NCBI GenBank assembly: GCA_048885865.1 | Contig: JBHLLF010000027.1 | Location: forward strand, 1-35,258 | Direction of reading: 5' to 3' | Length of the DNA stretch: 35,258 nucleotides | DNA from: Candidatus Hermodarchaeota archaeon | GTDB lineage: Archaea > Asgardarchaeota > Thorarchaeia > Thorarchaeales > Thorarchaeaceae | Part shown: one piece after another, positions 1 through 8,732 of the stretch | Position numbering within the stretch: the first letter of the stretch is position 1 | Layout of the letters: every line of letters begins with the position of its first letter | Notes under the pieces: generated by a model | What the model was told of the DNA's origin: nothing | The model's input: the letters and a program-made list of their open reading frames with translations, nothing else | Database searches by the model: none | Made by a program: the position numbers and the translations under genes

Positions 1-539
1 TCTCGAGCCGCGAATTCCTCAAGTCTCTCTACAAGCCAGCCTCCACTTTGACTTATTATCGCAACGCATCCCCTTCTGGGACGCGCAACACGTTCAGATG
101 GGAGAAAGAATGTGTCTAGCTGGTCCGGCACGAAGACACCGATGCAGTTAGGACCAACCATTGAGATGCCATTGCTGTTAGCAATTTCCACAATCTCATC
201 TTGGAGAGACGCTCCGGACTCTCCAACTTCGCTGAATCCTCCTGAAACCACTATCACAGACTTGATTCCCTTGTCAGCGCATTGTTGTAGAACACTAGGT
301 ACGTATCTCGCCGGGACTGATATCACGACTAGCTCAATGTCATCTGGTGCTTCGCTAATGCTCTTGTAAACCTGTCTTCCTTCTACAAATCCCCCCTTGG
401 GATTTATCGGATATGTAGGGAGGTCGTTCTCGAAAGCGAGCTTCCTAAAGATAACATTTCCCGGCGAAAATGGATTGGATGTTGAAACCCCAACTACAGC
501 TGTGACTTTTGGACTAAGCATTGTCTTGAGACCTGACAT
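1..539 (-). CDS. Acyl/acetyl-CoA synthetase (ADP-forming) alpha-type, N-terminal CoA-binding domain (runs off window)
   Basis: Manual translation from ATG 539: MSGLKTMLSPKVTAVVGVS...YPINPKGG...ELVVISVPARYVPSVLQQCADKGIKSVIVVSGGFSEVG...MVGPNCIG...AIISQSGG, typical AcdA/CoA-binding motifs. Absent from the ORF track because it is truncated. Confidence 0.9.
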   Translation of the reverse strand, partial: MSGLKTMLSPKVTAVVGVSTSNPFSPGNVIFRKLAFENDLPTYPINPKGGFVEGRQVYKSISEAPDDIELVVISVPARYVPSVLQQCADKGIKSVIVVSGGFSEVGESGASLQDEIVEIANSNGISMVGPNCIGVFVPDQLDTFFLPSERVARPRRGCVAIISQSGGWLVERLEEFAAR

Positions 540-614
540 GGACTTCCCTCAACTGTCTTGAGTCGTCTTTGAAGTTGCTCCTTATATCAAATATGCTGCT
601 GGACGTGCAATATC

Positions 615-1703
615 TCAAGGTTTCATTTGAGCTAGAATCTCTCTTAATCTAGGCTCTGCAAGGATTGCATGCTGAAGTTTAGTCAGGAGTTTGGCAATCT
701 CAGAATAGATTACCTGTCTTGGAGGATCACTAGCAGACTCTGCATTCTGAATTGCTTCCTGGACCTGCTGATTTATCCTCTTGATGATTCGCTTCTCCAG
801 CTCTGGCCCTCCCCAGCCGAATGAATCAAAGCTCGCTTGCGCCTCTCCAATCTTTTCATCCACGTCGAATTCGCTCTCAGTAAGAACATCCACTACGCCG
901 GAAAAATACCTGGCCACAGCGCGTTCAATCCGTTCCATCTCAGAAGGATTCAGATAGTTCTCTTGGGGGCGCTTCTTGGATAGATCTTGAAGAAGTCTTG
1001 CTCCCGGAGCTTCCGTGAGAAGCCCCTTTACAATCTTAACAAGAACTCGGCCTGGAATTTCAATGACATCTCCATAGAATGGCGAGTCAGACCGATACTT
1101 GTGGAGTTCCCGAAGGGTATCAACCCAGAACGTCGGCAGAAGGACATGGCATCTCTTGCTGTATTGTGTGATCATCCTCTGCATCTGCCCTATGAGACCC
1201 CATTCGTCATTCTCAACTTCCACCTTTCGATAAGGCTCTGGGGGCGGTTCCTCCTCTTCCCCTATAAGAGGAATCACGCCGGATTCCTGTGTTGCTGTTG
1301 TCTTTTTGCCGGGTGCTGTTGATGAGGTCTTGGTAGTCGTAGTTGTCGTGACCTTAGCACCATCATCCAATAGGGAGATTATCTCTGCAGCTGGAGCTCC
1401 CTTTGCTTCAGCTTCTTTTGCCCTGGCTGATAGCTTTGGCAAAAGGCTCTCAATCTGGGAAAGCCTCTTGATTATTAGACTAATGATGTTCTGTGTTGAT
1501 GGAGTTATGTTCTTCAGTTCAGTTGCTTCCTCCATCCATCGACGAGTTCTCAGGAGTCCTTGAATCAATGAGTCTACTCTGTCGGGATCAACGGTGCCAT
1601 CTACCTGGGTGCTTAGAAGAAAATGAAGGAGAGTTGAATTCAAAGTCACTATCAAGAGGACTCTATCAAGGAGGTCCTCTGCAATGTTGGTTCCTTCAGT
1701 CAA
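615..1703 (-). CDS. Hypothetical alpha-helical protein (helical N-domain, Thr/Lys-rich and EEEEPPPEP linker, helical C-domain); last gene of tubulin operon
   Basis: 362-aa ORF, 19 nt downstream of the tubulin-like gene on the same strand; low-complexity linker TTTTTTKTSSTAPGKKTTAT. Confidence 0.8.
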   Translation of the reverse strand: MTEGTNIAEDLLDRVLLIVTLNSTLLHFLLSTQVDGTVDPDRVDSLIQGLLRTRRWMEEATELKNITPSTQNIISLIIKRLSQIESLLPKLSARAKEAEAKGAPAAEIISLLDDGAKVTTTTTTKTSSTAPGKKTTATQESGVIPLIGEEEEPPPEPYRKVEVENDEWGLIGQMQRMITQYSKRCHVLLPTFWVDTLRELHKYRSDSPFYGDVIEIPGRVLVKIVKGLLTEAPGARLLQDLSKKRPQENYLNPSEMERIERAVARYFSGVVDVLTESEFDVDEKIGEAQASFDSFGWGGPELEKRIIKRINQQVQEAIQNAESASDPPRQVIYSEIAKLLTKLQHAILAEPRLREILAQMKP

Positions 1704-1722
1704 GTCCGCACCATCCCATCAT

Positions 1723-3108
1723 CTACATCGGTTCAGCTGCATCACCAGGTGTCATGTAGTAGGAGAACAGCTCACGGAAGTCAGCAATGGCATCAACAAG
1801 CTCCTTTCTACTTGTTCCCTTCGCGCGCATGAACCACCCCTGCTTGAGTGGTGAAGAACCGCTGTGAAGATTAACGAGTTGCGTTGCCTCGTTGATGATT
1901 TGTACAAGCTCCGGAATCTTTGGCAAACCAAGAAGAACAAGAAGGTTTGTGGTAGGATCTTTGATGTTATATTGAACATAGCATGGAGTGATGGCAGCGC
2001 CAGGTGCAATGAATCCATTGAGTGCTTCCTTAAGGTGCATTCCATATTCTGCTTTGGAGATGTGCCTTGGGCCAGAGAAAACATAGTACACACTCTCTGC
2101 ATTTGGCTCTGCACCTACATCAGCATAGGAGCATTCCTTCACTGCAAAATCCATCATTGTCTTGAGTTGCTTTGGCATGCTGCCTGCATCTGGTATCAAT
2201 CCAACATCTGTGTAGAGTGCTGGAACAACGACAGGGTCAAGCTTTCTTGCATAGTCAGCAAGGTCTGTTGTCGGGAACACATCCTTATGAGGTTCATATA
2301 CTCCTGGTGAGAGCATTGCCTCAACAACATCTAGTGCTAGTGGGTTCACCAACTCAACAAATGCCTGTTCAGTTCGCGCCTCAAGTTCGCCGCCCTCATC
2401 CAGAGTGGATGGTACCATGCTTTCAATTTGGTTGACATTGGCAATATCAATCTCTAGCTCACGTTGAAGATAGTCGACACTGTCAGCTCCTCTTGATTGG
2501 AGGATTCGCTTTAGCATAGTTCTGTTGCTTAGGAGAATTGTAAGGTCTGCTCCGCGTTCTTGGAGCTGTGCTCTGAGAAGACGGGATACAGCCCAGATTG
2601 AGTTCAGAGCCTCACTCGATTGTCCTTCAAATGGCAAAATGCCTACAACGTAAACGAAGATTCGGCGGCCTTCTTCTTCTTGGAATCTCTGCTTTAGCAG
2701 TTCGATTATGGCGGGAGTTCCGCCGCAACCTGTACCACCGCCAAGACTTGTGAAGATGCAGAATCCCGAGACTCCTTCGAATCCTAGGTCTTTGAGCTGT
2801 TCGAAGATGATGTCCTTCGACTCAAGGACGGCATTATATCCGTCCATGAATCTTCCACCAACGCCTATTTCTGATGCACCATAGAGCATCGTATGCTCCT
2901 TGGGGATACCATATTTCTGTCTCACCTTGGTAAGGTCTGCTCTATCAGTGTTCATGAGCAAATAGCCTCTGACTCTGGAAGGCAGTTTCCTATCCTCACT
3001 GGCTTTCAGATAGGAGCCTACAATATTGCTCCCACACTCACCAATCCCAATTGCAAAGACCTCCGCGGCCTTTGTCAGATCATCATCACTCGATGTTCCT
3101 CGTAGCAT
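1723..3108 (-). CDS. Tubulin/FtsZ/CetZ superfamily GTPase, divergent tubulin-like protein
   Basis: T1 GIGECGSNI, T2 NTD, T3 GVGG, T4 signature SLGGGTGCGG, GILPF, LNS, DLTILLSN, T7 TTDLADY, C-terminal H11/H12-like helices. Confidence 0.93.
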   Translation of the reverse strand: MLRGTSSDDDLTKAAEVFAIGIGECGSNIVGSYLKASEDRKLPSRVRGYLLMNTDRADLTKVRQKYGIPKEHTMLYGASEIGVGGRFMDGYNAVLESKDIIFEQLKDLGFEGVSGFCIFTSLGGGTGCGGTPAIIELLKQRFQEEEGRRIFVYVVGILPFEGQSSEALNSIWAVSRLLRAQLQERGADLTILLSNRTMLKRILQSRGADSVDYLQRELEIDIANVNQIESMVPSTLDEGGELEARTEQAFVELVNPLALDVVEAMLSPGVYEPHKDVFPTTDLADYARKLDPVVVPALYTDVGLIPDAGSMPKQLKTMMDFAVKECSYADVGAEPNAESVYYVFSGPRHISKAEYGMHLKEALNGFIAPGAAITPCYVQYNIKDPTTNLLVLLGLPKIPELVQIINEATQLVNLHSGSSPLKQGWFMRAKGTSRKELVDAIADFRELFSYYMTPGDAAEPM

Positions 3109-3127
3109 TGTTTGTGTCCCCTTTCAG

Positions 3128-5815
3128 CTAACCTCTCTTTTCTACCATTCTATTGGCAATCTCCCGAATCGCCCAAGTCAGATAGGAACTGATGTCCTCT
3201 CTGCTGTATGTTTCCTTGACCTTCTTGATTGCATCAGTAAGGAATGTTTCACGTTGGTCGGGTGTGCCGGATGGACTGAAACCTGTCATAAAGACCTTCA
3301 TGGACTTGTGCCAGTCATCCATCTTCGCTGCTTTCTCGACCCATTCCAATCGAAGTCCCTTCAGCTCGTTGAAGTTCTGAATAGCATCCTCGAGTACTTT
3401 GGCCTCAGCTAGGTCAGTTTCAAGATTCTTGAGCTTCTGGAGTGGGAATATGAGCTTACTGAAGTCCTTAGGATGCTTATTGTAGACTGCTTCGATGGTT
3501 GAATAATACTCCGACTGCTTCTTAATCTCTTCTTGATGTGATTCTCCATCCTTGGTTGCGATTCCCTTTATGACCTGCAACATTTCATCTTGGATGTTTG
3601 CCAACGTCAAACACACATCAAGCACTTCGAAGATGTGCTTTGAGTCCTTGGCGAGTTGATCTGGAACCTGTTCCAGCAGTCCTTTTAGACGACCAACAAA
3701 GTCAGACATCCCTTGTTCCTCAAAGATAGATACGGCACCTTGAATCTGGCGATACGCCTCTTCTGCACGAGTCTTGATCTTCTTGTGCACATCTGGTGAT
3801 GTGGTTAGACCCATGAGCTGGTCAAACGAATCAGCTGCAGATTCTAGTTCTTCTGGAGGAGTTTCCCGCAATTTCTTCAGCAACTTGAGCTCATCTTTGA
3901 CTGGGACTCCAATCGCGTCTGCTTGATCGAATGATTTCTGAAGCTTGGCAACCTCTTCCTTCAATGACTCAATGACTTCCGCACTAATCTTGTGTTCATA
4001 GAGCTCAATCATTTTACGAGCAATCGCAGGAAGACTGAAGACTGTGTCAGCAGCCACACCGATGCTATTGAGTTCACCGATGGCTTCTTGGGCTTCCTTG
4101 GGAATCTCAACGCCAGCTCCCATAAGCTTTGCAGCAGCAAGTCGAATCTTGACTCCAAGCCTGTAACGAAGATTCTCCAATGACTCTTGTGCCTTGACAA
4201 GAATTGTGTCCTTGATTGTTCTCATCTCAGACCTGATTTCTCCGAACTCATCCAGTTTCTCTATTCTCATGGATCCTTCATCAAGTTCAGTAATGATTGG
4301 CATGAAAATCTCCGCATATGCAGGCTTGATTGTCTGAAGGTCCTCAACAATGACTTCGATCTCCTGCTTGCAAGCATCTCGGAATGTAGCAACTCCATCT
4401 TCAACAGCTACGCGAAGACTTGCCAATGATTGGAGCAGATAGACTATGCCTCCCTCAAGGTCTTCGACTTTCGGCGCTTTCTTACTAAGCTGGGCGTAAT
4501 CCAAAACTCGATCTGCTGAAGTGGCAAGTTCATTGAATCTTGTTATGTAGCTTCGAATGGTATCTGTCAGGTTCTTTCGGTACTCTTCACGCATACCATT
4601 TGCTTTCACGTAAGTTGCAACCATGCTGTCAATCTCTGGCTTCTTCAAGGTCTTCTTTGCATCAGCAATCCATTTCCTTACTTCGACGACATCCTTGATG
4701 CCAGTGTCGTCTGGAGCATCTGCGGCTTTCTCAAGTTCCTCCAGCACTTCTTCAACATGGTCCTTCAATGAAATCTTGACTTGAGATTCCCATTCAACCA
4801 TCTTCTGATAGCCTGATAATTGACTGGCAACATCTTCAGATTCCACTCCTACTATGGGCGCTTCAGGGATGATTGCTGCAGTGACAGGAATGCCTCCTTC
4901 AACTATCTTGGAAGTGACTTCGTGCTTCATATTGATGATTCTGTCCCTGAGAAGATTTGACATCTTCACCTTTGCAGAGTGAAGCTGATTCTCCAAGGCA
5001 ATGAGAGAGGTCAGATTGGTTGTCTTCGATGAATCCCTCGCGATAATTCTGAGTTGCTGGCCGAAGTCCATTGGCAATTCTAGACCCAATCTGGAGGCTG
5101 TTTCAACGGATGCCTGCAATGACTCTACCTCTGTTATCAAGGCGGTTCCAATCATCTTGCTAACTTCGTCTTTTCGCCCATCCAGGTATGTCCGTTCAGC
5201 TTGAAGTTTATCTGATAGCCCGATGATATCCCCGACTGGTAGTTGGGCTACTTCTTCATATGACAAAGTGGCGGCAACTTCGCCCCGGTCGATGGTGATG
5301 TGTCTCTCATAGGTTTCAACAATTCTCTTGCTTTCATCTAGAAATTCTTTGACTTCCTTGGCAAGATCGTGATGGACACCCAGTGTGAGCTTAGAGAAAT
5401 TCTTGGCAAAAGTAAGGAGCGTTTCTAGGTCTTTCGCATCCCCAGTTCCAGTTGATGGAAAAGTCAACACACTGATTGCTTTCGCCTCATTTGGTTTCTG
5501 TGCTTGAAGCTTTGGAAGAACTGCAGCTGTTTCTCTATGCTCCTTTCGCAGCAAGTCTGAGAAATCCCTGACCGCTCTCATGAAGTCCTCTTCGAGAGCA
5601 TTTTTGGTCGTTTCCATCTGTGACACTAACTTTCTCTTTTTCATGAAACCTGCTGAACCTGCATCACTCTCGAACTTTGCGAACTTCGCCAGTGTGTCGT
5701 ACAAATGGCGCACGGTCCTGTCAGTCTGGTCCTCAAGAGATTTGTTGAGCTGAATCAACAATCCTTTTATTTCAGCGACCTTGTCGATTTCGCGTCTCCA
5801 TGCGTGACTATCCAA
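3128..5815 (-). CDS. Large alpha-helical / coiled-coil repeat protein; first gene of tubulin operon
   Basis: 895-aa E/K/L/A-rich ORF with TTG start preceded by GGAGGT; ends 19 nt before the tubulin-like gene; no Walker motifs. Confidence 0.88.
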   Translation of the reverse strand: MDSHAWRREIDKVAEIKGLLIQLNKSLEDQTDRTVRHLYDTLAKFAKFESDAGSAGFMKKRKLVSQMETTKNALEEDFMRAVRDFSDLLRKEHRETAAVLPKLQAQKPNEAKAISVLTFPSTGTGDAKDLETLLTFAKNFSKLTLGVHHDLAKEVKEFLDESKRIVETYERHITIDRGEVAATLSYEEVAQLPVGDIIGLSDKLQAERTYLDGRKDEVSKMIGTALITEVESLQASVETASRLGLELPMDFGQQLRIIARDSSKTTNLTSLIALENQLHSAKVKMSNLLRDRIINMKHEVTSKIVEGGIPVTAAIIPEAPIVGVESEDVASQLSGYQKMVEWESQVKISLKDHVEEVLEELEKAADAPDDTGIKDVVEVRKWIADAKKTLKKPEIDSMVATYVKANGMREEYRKNLTDTIRSYITRFNELATSADRVLDYAQLSKKAPKVEDLEGGIVYLLQSLASLRVAVEDGVATFRDACKQEIEVIVEDLQTIKPAYAEIFMPIITELDEGSMRIEKLDEFGEIRSEMRTIKDTILVKAQESLENLRYRLGVKIRLAAAKLMGAGVEIPKEAQEAIGELNSIGVAADTVFSLPAIARKMIELYEHKISAEVIESLKEEVAKLQKSFDQADAIGVPVKDELKLLKKLRETPPEELESAADSFDQLMGLTTSPDVHKKIKTRAEEAYRQIQGAVSIFEEQGMSDFVGRLKGLLEQVPDQLAKDSKHIFEVLDVCLTLANIQDEMLQVIKGIATKDGESHQEEIKKQSEYYSTIEAVYNKHPKDFSKLIFPLQKLKNLETDLAEAKVLEDAIQNFNELKGLRLEWVEKAAKMDDWHKSMKVFMTGFSPSGTPDQRETFLTDAIKKVKETYSREDISSYLTWAIREIANRMVEKRG

Positions 5816-6017
5816 AATGACTACCTCCAGCCTAGGGATTGATATCTTCTATTTTTCGAGCTATAAAAGTATGTTTCGCGCATTGCTCCATAAACTAACA
5901 ATTCCTTTTCAACAAATCCCGCGTGGACTCGAGAATGCGCAATTTGGCCCCAATTTGAGTTTTATAGGCTAGGAACCAAAGACTTAAGCACTAAAGCAGA
6001 AGAAGCGAGATAGAATT
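5816..6017. promoter_or_regulatory. Divergent promoter region with TATA-like boxes on both strands
   Basis: Minus-strand CTTTTATA (plus tataaaag ~5862-5869) and SD GGAGGT (~5823-5828); plus-strand TTTTTATA ~5960-5967. Confidence 0.5.
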
Positions 6018-7976
6018 ATGCCCATCTCTGCAGGAGGCAGCAAAGGTGAGGCTTTACCACTTGGTCATGAAGTCATTGCCGTCTTAGAGGCGGATGCAGT
6101 TCATATTGTTCATGATGAGAGGTTTCTATACGCTGCCTGTAGAGACCTGAAGGTAAGAGTCTGGTCAAAGGAAGACTGGCAACTGGTAGCGGAGCTTGGC
6201 GAAACTAGTACAGAGCCGCTTGTTGTTCATGTCGATGAAGACAGAGTCTATGCTACATGCGAACGCCGTGTATATGTCTGGAAGAAAGAAACATGGGGCA
6301 TGACCGGATGGTTTGAACTGACATATCATGCTATAACATCCACCCTCCAAGGTGACAGCTTCTATGTCGGTGCACGTGATGGAAGGCTGGTTTCCATAAA
6401 GAAAGACACTCACGAGACCTCGAGTTGGCAGCTTCACAAGTCTGACATTTCAACGCTATGGTCAGACGATAGGGTCATACTTACTGGAGGTCGGAAGGAA
6501 GAGCCTAGAGTTTGGCTTCATGAACCCAATAAGGCACCCACAGAGCTAGCAAGACTCGATAAGAAGATTCGTCCTACTGTTTTTGTTGGGAATTCTGAAT
6601 TCGTGATTATAGGGTCTGAATCTGGGGAGATAGGCATATGGGATCGAGTTGAATGGCAGCTCATTCGCACACTTCAAGATAAGTCCTCGAACCCCGTTGT
6701 TTCCATGTGGTCAAACAGCTCCTATCTAGTCGCCGTAATGAACTCAGGGCTCATCACGGTCTGGGATCTAACTAGAGGAAATGAGATGGGCCGATTCCTA
6801 ATTGAGAATTACAAGATAGGATACATCGAAGCAGACAAACTTCACGTATATGCAGTGGGAGCTGATGGAATCCTCGTTCTCTCTCTGACTATTGGCGAGG
6901 TTCCGCTTGATCTAAGTATGTCAAGCGAGTCGCGATATGGAATTAACCTTCTTAGAACCTCTCCCTATGATGTCTTAGAATCTGTGCTAGTATTTCAGAG
7001 ACAAGGAGATGGATACTTCGATGAGGGAAATCATCAAGAAGCAGTTGCCTCCTATGAGAAAGCACTCCAATACCTGATAGATAATACGCATGCACTGCTG
7101 GAGGTACCGGAAGAGCGTCAACAATTAACGGAAGAGCTCAATGAACGACTTGGTCGCTCTCTCCTAAAGTCCAAGATTCAAGAGCTTGGGATACTAACTG
7201 AGAGAATCAGCGAGATATCTGCGCAGGTTGAGCCGGGTACGCATGTTCGTCTCCAAGATGAAATGATTGACAAGCTTTGGGATGAAACTGCCAGAGCTAT
7301 CAAAGAGAGTCGGGTCTTATCCGATGCACAGGCCGGCGATATTCTGAGTTACCAGCTAACTGATGTTGCTGACACCTTGGAAGCCGAATTGAAGGAAGCA
7401 ATGGCAAACGTAAATGAATACAGAGAAACGGTCAATCAAGCACTGACTTTGACTCATGGAATCATGAATGAATGGCGTTGGATGGAGAGAAAGAAGACCA
7501 GTCTGAATGAGCGAAAAGCATTCCTGGAGGATGCTATGGCGAAAATAAGTGACAGACTAAAGCAAGCAGAGCCTGGAAGCGAAGTGGAGTCAATTCTCAG
7601 TGACGCTCTTGAAGAACACAGACAAATATACTCGCAAATCTGCCGGATTATTGAAGCTACTGAAACCGATCCAGTGGATGAGCTTGTCAGCAAAGAGGAA
7701 GCTATGGCAGCTATCGAGGGCCTATTACGAGTGCTCCCCAAACGCAAAGACGCTATTGCTGAAATGACGGATCCAGAAGAACAGAAAGTCGAGACAGAGC
7801 GCCTTCAGGGAGCATTGAGGCAGGCGCTTGAGTCAGCTAAGAAGTTCAAGATGAAGGACCAGCAAAAGACCATCCAGGAGCTAATAGATGGAATTGAACC
7901 TCCTAAGCCAAAGAAGCGGAGAAAATCAAGTAGGAAGAAGAAAGCTGAAGCGACTACGAATGAAAACACTAGCTAG
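6018..7976 (+). CDS. WD40-like beta-propeller + MIT/TPR-like helical domain + coiled coil, basic C-terminal tail
   Basis: Repeats DLKVRVWS, RRVYVWK, HKSDISTLWSD, SGEIGIWD, SGLITVWD in aa ~15-290; then DEGNHQEAVASYEKALQYL; long helical region; tail PKPKKRRKSSRKKK. Confidence 0.85.
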   Translation: MPISAGGSKGEALPLGHEVIAVLEADAVHIVHDERFLYAACRDLKVRVWSKEDWQLVAELGETSTEPLVVHVDEDRVYATCERRVYVWKKETWGMTGWFELTYHAITSTLQGDSFYVGARDGRLVSIKKDTHETSSWQLHKSDISTLWSDDRVILTGGRKEEPRVWLHEPNKAPTELARLDKKIRPTVFVGNSEFVIIGSESGEIGIWDRVEWQLIRTLQDKSSNPVVSMWSNSSYLVAVMNSGLITVWDLTRGNEMGRFLIENYKIGYIEADKLHVYAVGADGILVLSLTIGEVPLDLSMSSESRYGINLLRTSPYDVLESVLVFQRQGDGYFDEGNHQEAVASYEKALQYLIDNTHALLEVPEERQQLTEELNERLGRSLLKSKIQELGILTERISEISAQVEPGTHVRLQDEMIDKLWDETARAIKESRVLSDAQAGDILSYQLTDVADTLEAELKEAMANVNEYRETVNQALTLTHGIMNEWRWMERKKTSLNERKAFLEDAMAKISDRLKQAEPGSEVESILSDALEEHRQIYSQICRIIEATETDPVDELVSKEEAMAAIEGLLRVLPKRKDAIAEMTDPEEQKVETERLQGALRQALESAKKFKMKDQQKTIQELIDGIEPPKPKKRRKSSRKKKAEATTNENTS

Positions 7977-8610
7977 CTTGAGTTTCATAATCATCCATAT
8001 AATCAATGCCCAGCTCATCTGCGGCGTCCTGTAAAATGGTCACCCATTCTTCTGCCAATTCTCTGAGGTCTGGATCAAGTGAGAACGACTGCTCCACGGA
8101 AGCAAGCGCTTCCTGGAAGTATTCAAGAAAGAAGAAGCACACTGCACGGTTGTACCAAGTGATGGCTGAGTTTGGATCCAAAAGCAACGAACGTTCAAAG
8201 GCGTCGAGCCCCTCTGCCCAATTTTCTTCTCCCATGAGTGCAAGACCGAGCAGCTGCCAGACATGACTATTTCGTGAGTCCAATTCAATACTTTTTGTTA
8301 GAGCTTCAATCCCCTCTTTGTTCTCATTCAGAAGCAAGTGCAAGAATCCCTTGTCTGACCAAGCGGATAGCTCGCCGGGAGCGGTCTTTGTAATTCTGTC
8401 TAGCATGTACAGCGCACTCTGAGGTCTTTTTAGCTCAATATTGCACACAACAAGCTGCTGCAGAATCTCTTTATTGCTGGGGTATTTTGTCAGAGCATCT
8501 TCTAGTGCATTCGCAGCTTCAAGGAATCTTGATTTCTTCATCAGGCCTGAAGCCTGGTTAAGAATTTGAACAACTCCTTGGGACTCAACATTTCCTATGG
8601 TCAAATTCAA
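7969..8610 (-). CDS. Tetratricopeptide repeat (TPR) protein
   Basis: TPR motifs AWSDKGFLHLLLNENKEGIEALTKSIELDS, VWQLLGLALMGEENWAEGLDAFERSLLLDP, TWYNRAVCFFFLEYFQEALASVEQSFSLDP. Confidence 0.9.
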   Translation of the reverse strand: MNLTIGNVESQGVVQILNQASGLMKKSRFLEAANALEDALTKYPSNKEILQQLVVCNIELKRPQSALYMLDRITKTAPGELSAWSDKGFLHLLLNENKEGIEALTKSIELDSRNSHVWQLLGLALMGEENWAEGLDAFERSLLLDPNSAITWYNRAVCFFFLEYFQEALASVEQSFSLDPDLRELAEEWVTILQDAADELGIDYMDDYETQAS

Positions 8611-8732
8611 ACCCCCACGAGATGCATCAACGATCTAACGTGGTCCAACCCTTGATTGGGACGCCAGAAAATCCCTAGAAAAGGTTTGTTCTCATGGTAA
8701 AATTCCGCTGAGGGATTCTTGATAGCAATATC

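Noticed and set aside
112-369. 85-aa plus-strand ORF
   Set aside because: Antisense shadow of the acyl-CoA synthetase gene on the minus strand.
1723-3108. Calling this canonical ftsZ or cetZ
   Set aside because: Mixed motifs, a large insert, tubulin-like C-terminal helices and a non-canonical neighbourhood; no symbol can be assigned without a tree.
3128-5815. SMC/Rad50 or dynamin-like annotation
   Set aside because: No Walker A/B, signature or GTPase motifs are visible.
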